This document shows positions 53,761 through 64,000 of a DNA stretch of 64,000 bases, in pieces. This DNA is from Daphnia carinata (taxonomy: Eukaryota), in contig NC_081333.1 in the NCBI RefSeq assembly GCF_022539665.2, positions 7,812,001-7,876,000 on the forward strand, written 5' to 3'. The position numbers and the translations under genes were made by a program. The notes under the pieces are model-generated. The model was not told the origin of the DNA, made no database searches, and saw only the letters and a program-made list of their open reading frames with translations. Position 1 is the first letter of the stretch, and every line of letters begins with the position of its first letter.

Positions 53761-56700
53761 CTATTTTAAGTCGAGACAAAATAACTGGAATTTCATGCGC
53801 TTTTCGAAGTTCATTAGGATTCTGTTATGTGACCTGGGCAAGAAAAAATTATATTCACCCCTTGTCGACTTATTGTATAAAAGCATGCATCTATAAAACA
53901 CTTACTCAATACTGTTTTCTGTCGTAAGTGGCGGTATCATGTCGGCTGCTTCAGAAAAAGGATTGACAGGCTCCGAACGCATATCATTGGAATGCTTCCT
54001 GACCCTTAGGCATGCTCTAGATAAGGCGGCAACGTCTGCTGATGCTTGAAGTGCTCCGCTCTCGGAGAATTTGTTGACGCAGGAAAATAACCGTCCCAAT
54101 TCTGCTGCCACCTCACGCACAACTCTTTCGAGAATACGAGACACTAGTGAAGGGCTAACCTATAGAGCAATGTGTTTAGTTCTATATAGGCTTAACCTAC
54201 AGAAATTATGTTTTCAAATACTTGGGCAACTTCAGCATGAACAGCAATCATGTTCATAATTATTTCTTTGCAGTAGGGCCGAATATCATTGGTGATAGGA
54301 AGATTCTTGTTCCAATCAAAGCGCCCTGCATACATAGAAGGTTCCACAATTCCGATTAGGGGCTCAACCTTCTCTTCTAGGTAGGCTTCCATTAATCGCT
54401 CTTCGGTTTTCGTCAGTAATTCCTTTGCCGCCTGAATGGCAGCCGAAAGATCAGGGTAGCCCAGTTTATTCCAATGTTCTTTCAATCTTGGGGAAAAAGG
54501 CACCATGACTATTGGGCTATCAGTTATCTATGCGTCAAATATCATGTGTACCTGGGCAAAATGTAAAGCATTGTATACTGGCAATTACTGAGCCCCAGCA
54601 ACAACTTCATTTCGCGAGTTATATCTTCCGTATGATTCTGGTCTGAAGACGCCAAACGTTCTGTGCTACGTGCAAAACTGAATAATAATTTTTGCACTAG
54701 GAGATTCAAGTCGCTGAGCACAGATGAATTTTCCATTAAGTTAGTTTCACGTTGTTCTGATTGGAATACTGTCTCCTTCACTAGTTGCAAGCATTCGATG
54801 ACTTGCGTTTCAAACACATGAGGCTGACAATCAGAAAACGAAAAAAAAAAATAAATAAAAATTTAAATAAACATTCATCATTGAACATTTGCGTATGAAC
54901 ATCAATACCAACTGAGTGATGGATCCATGTGATTCAATAAACTCTAATTTCCAGTTCTCTTGGCTGGCCAGATGTGTGACGTTTTCAGCGGCTTGCATTA
55001 ATAGGCTCCTCATGCAATGGACCCTTAAAAACACAATATGAGATAATAACTAATTCGTTAAAACATGTCCAGTACCTCAAATCGTGAAGCAGGTCACGAA
55101 TTACATCAATGGCTTCTGTAGGCAAATCAAGTGTCAGCAATTCGGCGTAGCAGGTCCGAACAGTTCGAAGACAAAGTACAAACCAGGACCCTATTCCTTC
55201 TGAAGATGGATTTGAAATGTACGTTTTTTTGTTTATTCAAGTAGGATCCTATAATCTTATGAGGTAAAAACGTATCAAAGTACCATGATCCGAAAATATA
55301 CCACTGAAGGGTTGCCAAATACCAAACTGAGCTCTATGTGGAGATTGGCGGTCCAGTGTATGAGGAACAAGGGCAGCTCTGATAAGCTGGCTAAAAATTG
55401 TTACCACGTCCAACACCATTTTCTAGATTTGATTATTAAAGAAATATATATATCATATATCTGCAAACCCCTTCCTTTATAAATTGAGTAATTACTTTAA
55501 ATTCATCCTTTTTCAACGCGTCCGTCCGAACAAATAATTCTCCAGCAAAATAGGCTTGACCAAGTCTCCAAAGTTCTGGGAATACGGACATAAATCGATC
55601 ATTCAGCTCTTCGAGAAATGTTACCCTTCCCGGTGTGCTATTAGGTAGAGGTTCGGCAGAACTAGAAGATGGTAATACGAGGTTGTTTGATCGCTTTCCT
55701 TTTGATGGCCCAGATTTCACTAGTAAAAAGCAGTAGCATTTAAAACATTAAAAGAAAATAACTTTGGTAATCACTTACCTATTTCTTCTTGTTCCAATCC
55801 CAGGTATTTATCCTTACATTGGAACAAAACCTGAGAACAGTGCTTGTATTGACCTGCGATACAAAGCCAAGCTGGATCATTGGGACATTCAAGGTTTGTC
55901 AAGTTTCTGCGGGAAAAAGATAAGCAGATCAGCGAAACTATGGTATAATCGGTAAAAGGGCAATTTTCAAGACCCAACACAACATGCGTGTGAAATTTTC
56001 TGACCTGATAATTTTTTTTTGTTCTTCGAGTGAAGTGGGATACTGCTGCAGCTTCTCTTGAAGAACCTCTCTAAGGTTTAAAATTTGCTGTTCTGCTTCT
56101 TGCAACACTCTTTTAAAAACCTTAAAACACAGGGCAGCTAGGTAATGGTTTGTTTTGAATTGACAAAAAAAGTTGAATGTAATAAATAGATAACATACCT
56201 GTACTTCGGTATTTCTAAACAAAGCTTTTGCTCTTGCATAATCATTGATTACTAAATCATAGTCAGCTTTCTGAATGTTTTTATCAAGAGTGGAGGGTAA
56301 GTGAAACAGAAATCGGAATCTTTGTAAAATTCCTAGAGCATTTCTTGTTCCATCAGCCTGCTCTTTACGTTTGAGAACATCGTCAAATAGCCGACCAGCT
56401 TCGGTTTTCGCGCCTGTAAAACAGAATTATTTCATCATAAATATGCGCTAGTAACGCGAAAAGAATTTGCGTACTCAAGATGGAATTTTCCAGCGAGGCT
56501 GTCATATCCGGTCCATATTTTGTTTTATTGTCTTCCACAACCTTTTTTAACGTCAACAATGTATCCATCTGTTCTATTACCGAACCTGCATGAGTCTTCA
56601 AAAGTTAACAATTAGGTGCATATTGTAGAAGATACATTGACAGAAAACCATACTTTTAAAAAAGATATTTGTCCTTCCTTTTGAGCTTCAACTCTACGTT

Positions 56701-57385
56701 TAAGAAAGCTTAGCCCAGCTTTCAAATCATCAAACCCAGTGCTATGGTGATGTTGTAATAAGAACCAAGATGGTGAAAAATGTTCACTCCCAAGCTCTCC
56801 ATTTGATTCAGGAAACAATTCTTGTAGTTCTTCTTCTGGGTACTTTTTCCTAGATAAAAAAAGTTAATTAATGTGAAGATTAAATACAAAGGGCAGGAAT
56901 AAGTACACAGCATTTTCAACTGACAGCCCCAATGGATCATCTTGTTGATAGCTAGAAGGAATTAGAGCTCTATGTCTCCCTAGCCCAGTCAAATGTGATT
57001 CATCAACCCAAACTGCACTTTCTTTCAAAGGCCCTATTGTTTCATGATAGCCTCTAAACTGGACTGTACATGAACCTTTTCCTCCAGATTTAGTGATGAT
57101 AATTATATCCCCCTTGCTCTTCCCCGGGCCTGATCTGGCAACAATTTTATTACTGGAAACCCACTCAGCAGACAGTAAGCAATCTGAGTTGCAAATAATA
57201 AGGCCTAAAGTAACGACAGAAAATATATGAAGACTATATTAATCGTCAGTGGTTAACGGCATTCGTCCAATAATACCAATAATATCGTCAGGTCCACTGC
57301 CAAAATTTTCTCCTCGTATAGTGACTCGAGTTCCTGGGGGCCCTTCCTTGGGCGAAACTCCCGTCACAATAGGCGGTAAACCCAT
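53761..57385 (-). CDS. EXOC2: Exocyst complex component 2 (Sec5), multi-exon
   Basis: N-terminal IPT/TIG domain [61 protein letters not shown] and [11 protein letters not shown]...[19 protein letters not shown]. The last exon ends [11 protein letters not shown] at 53761. Confidence 0.94.
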
Positions 57386-57870
57386 TGTATATCACCACAC
57401 TAATCATAAAAATTATCATTTCAGTGATATTTTCCAATTCAAGAGCACTTTACCTTTGATATGTTTGTATGAATGTGGGGTTTTACAGCTCTATTGGCCA
57501 ATCTTAGAAAGAATTACGGCCCCAAATGGTAACACATTACTTCGAAGTAAGTTGTGTCAAAAACAGAATAGCAGACGAATTTTACAGCAATTGGCCTGAC
57601 ATTCGTTATTTGCCTTGCGCAAATTTGAGGTTGAATTTTCCAAAGGGTATAGGGCGAAAAGTAAAAACTGAACTACTGGAGCGAATAATATCCGAAAGAA
57701 ATTAAGTTTGTCCCTAAGTTACTAAGATTGGCCAAGCCGATTTCGATGACGAATTTATAAACGGAAAAAAAAAGAATGAATATGACACAAGATTATCACA
57801 AACCACTTCAGACCTTTATTCAAGATAATTCACCATCTCAAAGGATCACATTTTCTTATTTTAGACACCA

Positions 57871-60402
57871 TTACTTCATGCGATATTTTTTGAACAAAGG
57901 GTGTTTAGATAAGTTACTGGAAGCTGACGGGCGTTTGTACTCCATGTACACTGCATCATCAGCACCACTCATCGAAGCCATAGTTCCAGTGCGACGTCCG
58001 AACGCGGATGGTCGACCTCCAATTTCGCCTGGAACACGTTCCTCGTCAGCATCCATGTCGGATGCAGTAAGGACTAGTTGCAATAGCTTGGTTTGCTCTT
58101 CTTTGGTCTTATAATGCAATTCTTGATCTTGATCCATTCCCGCCATGCGAGTGATGACTTTGTAACTATAGCCTTGATTCACCAAAAAACGTTGGCGTTT
58201 ACGAGAGAAACTCATTTCCATAGTGTCTTGTGACACTAAGGTGTAGAAAAATGCGTTATACTCCTCCGCAATGGCACCCTTTTTTGCTCGCAGAATACGA
58301 CCAAGGCGTTGGGCTTCTTGACGACGTGAGCCACCGTGCGAGGAGATCTGAATCAAAACATTTGCATCCGGCAAATCAAATGAAGTATCGGCGACTTTAC
58401 TGACAAAGATGGTGTTGACTTTAGGATTGAGTTTGAAATTTTGAAGAATCTGAAGCCTTTCATTTTGTGAAGTTGGGCCATAAATAAACGGTTTGTTCAT
58501 CGTAAGCGCAAAATGTTTGAGGGCATAGACATTATCAGAAAAGACGATGATTTTGTCATTCCTCCGCTCGTGATAGCGGATAAGAAATTGACAAGCTCTG
58601 AATTTGTTAGGATTCATGACAAAAAGCAGCATTTTCTTTGCCGATTTGCATGCGAGATACTCGCGATAAAATTCGGGACTCATAGGACACCACACTTCAG
58701 CGCACTGCACACGAGCAATAAATCCGCGCTTCTGTAACTCCAACCAATTAGCTTCGTACAACTTTGGTCCGATTAAAAAATTTAAATCTGCAATTTTGTC
58801 TAAAAACGAAAATAATCGTTAATGAAAATACCTAGGTGAAACCGATAAATATTTCAATATGTATAAAGGAATCAGTACCGTCTTCACGAACGAGAGTAGC
58901 TGTCAAACCAAGCTTGCAATGAGCTTGTACAATCGTCAGCACACGACGAAACATGCGTGCTGGGATAGTGTGCACTTCATCTAGAACCATGATTCCCCAC
59001 TCTTGTTCTTGAAGCCATTTCATCGTCTGATCAGCTTCATACGATCGCTTTTGTTGATGTGTTATCATGTTAAAAGTGGTGATCATAATGCTACATCCAT
59101 GAGGTTTGTCTTTAGCGTCTGATGTAAAACGGCAGATCATACCTGGGATTGCACATATTATTTAATAAACCAAAAAGAAAATCGTTTAAGGAGTTGGTTA
59201 CTATCGTCAGCTGTCGACCACATCTTGAATTGTGCTTTCCATTGTTCAACTGAAACTCCAGAATTGCAAAGAACTAGGGCTCTTTTACGAACAGTGCAGC
59301 AAGCAGTTACGCCCACTAAACTTTTACCGGCACCACAAGGTAGGACGATGAGTCCAGAGCGAGCTCGGCCATTTCCAAACATTTTGCGCAGACTTTTTTC
59401 TTGATAAGGTCTCAGTACAGCAGCAGGTTTCAAATCAATGTTGATATCTTGATTATGAGTGTCGTTCCGGAAATCGTATTCGGCTAGTAAAGGGTACTCT
59501 AGCTGAATACATCGTTTTTGTATAGTTTCAATTTTTTCCTGGTTGACCTCGAATGCAACCGTTTGAAGGGAACCGTCATCGTCATCATCTTCGTCTTTAT
59601 CCATTTTATCATAGAAATTTGTGATGTCATCTGGCACTTGCTTGCTGCTTCCCTCTGCATCTTCTGCTGCATCCTCTCCTGATGTGCCTTTTCCAAATTG
59701 AATGGATGTTGCTTTAGATTGCACTTGGGTGATTAGCCCATCAGTAGTTGTTTCAACACTATGACGGAGTCGGCATTCTTGAATCACAGGATCTTTTAAC
59801 AATTTTTGGATCACATCCGGATATTGTGACTCCACAAAATAGCGGTTGTGCTTTAACACAAGCTTCACTTTGCCATAAGAAAGTGTTGAAATTTTGATGA
59901 AGTCAATAATTCCATCTGGAACTGCTGTTTTACTTAGTCTTTTCAAGTATTCTATGATGTCATGTGTTTGTAAACCAACACTCACAGCAGCATACAATGA
60001 ATATGATGTCAACTTATACTCATGGATGTGTTCTGGACGGCAGACTGGTTCACTAATAGCAATCAAAAAATCATGTGCATGTTTATAGACTGGTGAGAAA
60101 GATTCCAAAAAGATGTGCCCATTCGGGGCAACCCATAATGGTCTGGACATGTGATCAGGCTTGAGTTGCAAGTCCCGGTAATCTTTTGCACCATATTCAT
60201 CCTCTCCTTGTTTCTCGCCTTCAGTTTCTATGTTATGCTTTGCAGCTTCAGGTACACCTTCAGCTTCATTTCCATCAGGGATTCCTTCGTCGTAATTTCC
60301 TTCATCTTCAAATTCTTTACGTTTCTTGCCGGCAAATTTTTTTTTTGATCCATCGTAACGATCCCCATCTTTCTTACCATATTTACGATTTCCTCCAGCC
60401 AT
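57871..60402 (-). CDS. ERCC3: TFIIH helicase/translocase XPB (haywire); 3 exons, ~797 aa
   Basis: [35 protein letters not shown] (Walker A), [14 protein letters not shown] and [10 protein letters not shown]. Exons 60402-59202, 59142-58879 and 58799-57871 total 2394 nt. Confidence 0.97.
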
Positions 60403-61015
60403 GTTGCACGTGTAAAACCAGAACGGCAAACCGTTTTTCAGTTTCAACGTATTAAATGGAGTACTTCCTGTCGGCAATGTTATTTTGTTACGAATTTTGA
60501 CTAAACAAAACTTTCACCACTGTTTTTTAGAGTCAGTCACCAGCAATTCAGTAAGTTTCGCCAGGTTTCTCTGTACGCTGTTAACTAACAAAAAAAAACC
60601 TCCGTAGTGGGAAAACAACATAAATAAGGATGTGACGAAGAAGCTCCATCTGAAGGTGTAATTAGACAACCGAATTTACTGTATGATTGAAATAAAAATT
60701 GATATTATACAAAAAACATGTTAAGTGAACTTTTTGCGTCAGAATTTTGTCGTTTATATTTGGAATTTGAATGCAAATTTCGTTGGTGCAAAAAAAAATA
60801 TATATTATTAATATTATTAAACACCAGATGCCGTTTTCTCTCCAATCTGCTTCAGTCGTCTGTTTTCGCCTTTGCTGTTTGGCATTGGATTCATTTTCGT
60901 TTTCTGCCATGACAGTATAAGCTGAATTTAATTAAACTCAACTGAGACTCAGCTCATTGTCAACTACACATCACCATCTGGATTTCCATTCTGCCATCAT
61001 TTCTGGTGGTAGAAG

Positions 61016-62069
61016 ATGAACCCTCTAACGTAAGTAAAGTCGTGTCTTTGTACAAGGCACACAGTGTGAGGCGGAACATAATATTCGTAAAGTATTTCAC
61101 TGAATAATGTAGAGCTTATGGTCAAATTATCATGTTGTTTGAAGTTATTGTGACGTTTTGGAGTCAATTGTGTGTTTTATACATAGGTATTTATCATAAT
61201 TTTTCCAGGAATGTGAAAAACATCAAGAAACTTAGTGAGACGGAACTCAAGTATAACATATCTGGGAAGGCTTCATGGCACTATCAATACAAAGACAGTG
61301 CTTGGATTTTTATTGGAGGATTACCTTATGACTTATCTGAGGGTGATGTCATCTGCATATTTTCACAGTAGGTTTCATATTGTTAAAATCTGTTTTGTAC
61401 TGTTTGTATGGACTGTTAACAGTGTGAATTGTTATGCAGGTATGGAGAGGTTGCTAACATCAATTTAGTGAGAGACAGGGTTACTGGTAAATCTAAAGGC
61501 TTTTGTTTTTTATGCTATGAAGACCAGAGATCAACAATTCTGTCAGTTGATAACTTAAATAGTATCAAGGTAACTTTTCAATAAACTTCATTGTATGTAC
61601 GTGTTTCATTGCTTAAAAATTTCGTTAGGTCTGTGGAAGAACTCTGCGTGTCGATCACGTCGAGCAATACAAGATTCCTAAAGATCCCGACAAGCTCGAT
61701 GAAGATGCATTGAGGATTCTCCAGGAAGGATGTGGTCCGGAATCGTCAGTCATTAAATCTTTAATGAATTCCACTATCGGAAAGGATCTCGCGACACAAG
61801 AGAACACTTTAACAACCGAAGTTCAAGTTAAAAAAACAGAAATGAGTGTAGAATCACATCGCAGCAATGGAGAGGGAAGAGGAAAAGAAAGGCGCCGTTC
61901 ACGAAGCCCTAAACGTAGGCGCAGTGCTGAGAGGGACTACGCGGACTATAGAAGCCGACCATATGACAAAGAGAGGTCAAACCGTTATGATAAAACCAAG
62001 AAAAATAGGGAACATTCACCAAGGAGCGATCGATCGCGCGACAGGGACAAGAAACGTGAAAGACGTTGA
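61016..62069 (+). CDS. RBMX2: RNA-binding motif protein X-linked 2 (Snu17/Ist3, RES complex); 4 exons, ~247 aa
   Basis: MNPLTNVKNI...[35 protein letters not shown]...KSKGFCFLCYEDQRSTILSVDNLN, followed by an RS/RD-rich tail. Exons 61016-61029, 61209-61367, 61440-61569 and 61629-62069 total 744 nt. Confidence 0.95.
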
Positions 62070-62283
62070 TCGAACTATTATACTTTTTTCGTCTTCGTTC
62101 TTTTTGAATAAAATGTCATTTCAACGATATTGAATTATAGCATCAATGTAAAGTGAATTTAGTCATACTGTATTGCCGCATTAACAAAACCATGCAGGCA
62201 TGTTTATCCAACGGGAAGAAACTGTACCAATCGCAGTAAGCTTTTTGGTGTGTTTCCTTGGATAATGGCAAAAACAAACCAAA

Positions 62284-63950
<1,667 letters not shown>

Positions 63951-64000
63951 CTACAGGTACACACCAGAAATGAATATTTTTTTTTTACCATGTTGATTCC

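Noticed and set aside
60662..60910. ATG-initiated 82-aa ORF between XPB and RBMX2
   Set aside because: No recognisable family, and I could not build a plausible spliced model. It lies in a bidirectional promoter/5'UTR region.

Overview
Eukaryotic animal DNA. The short ~60-75 nt GT-AG introns, dense gene packing and protein sequences suggest an arthropod, probably a Daphnia-like branchiopod crustacean (inference). The window has two domains. (1) About 1-35.5 kb is a neural-developmental regulatory block, all on the minus strand: an Olig/bHLHe22-type bHLH gene, a ~24 kb protein-gene desert that hides a mir-124 hairpin, and an 8-exon Q50 paired-like homeobox gene that the ORF track largely misses. 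(2) About 36.9-64 kb is a compact housekeeping cluster: CPQ, Bax inhibitor-1, NSUN2, an EcKL kinase, TMED10, EXOC2, XPB/ERCC3, RBMX2 and a 5'-truncated DARS1. It is interrupted at 46.85-51.88 kb by the most unusual object in the window, a ~5 kb foldback element. Its ~2.25 kb inverted arms each carry a decaying spliced gene and a nearly invariant hairpin-rich block. tRNA-like Pol III modules point outward from the centre, and the left terminus is stuttered. Exon boundaries were read by eye from splice signals and frame continuity. No database searches were run.
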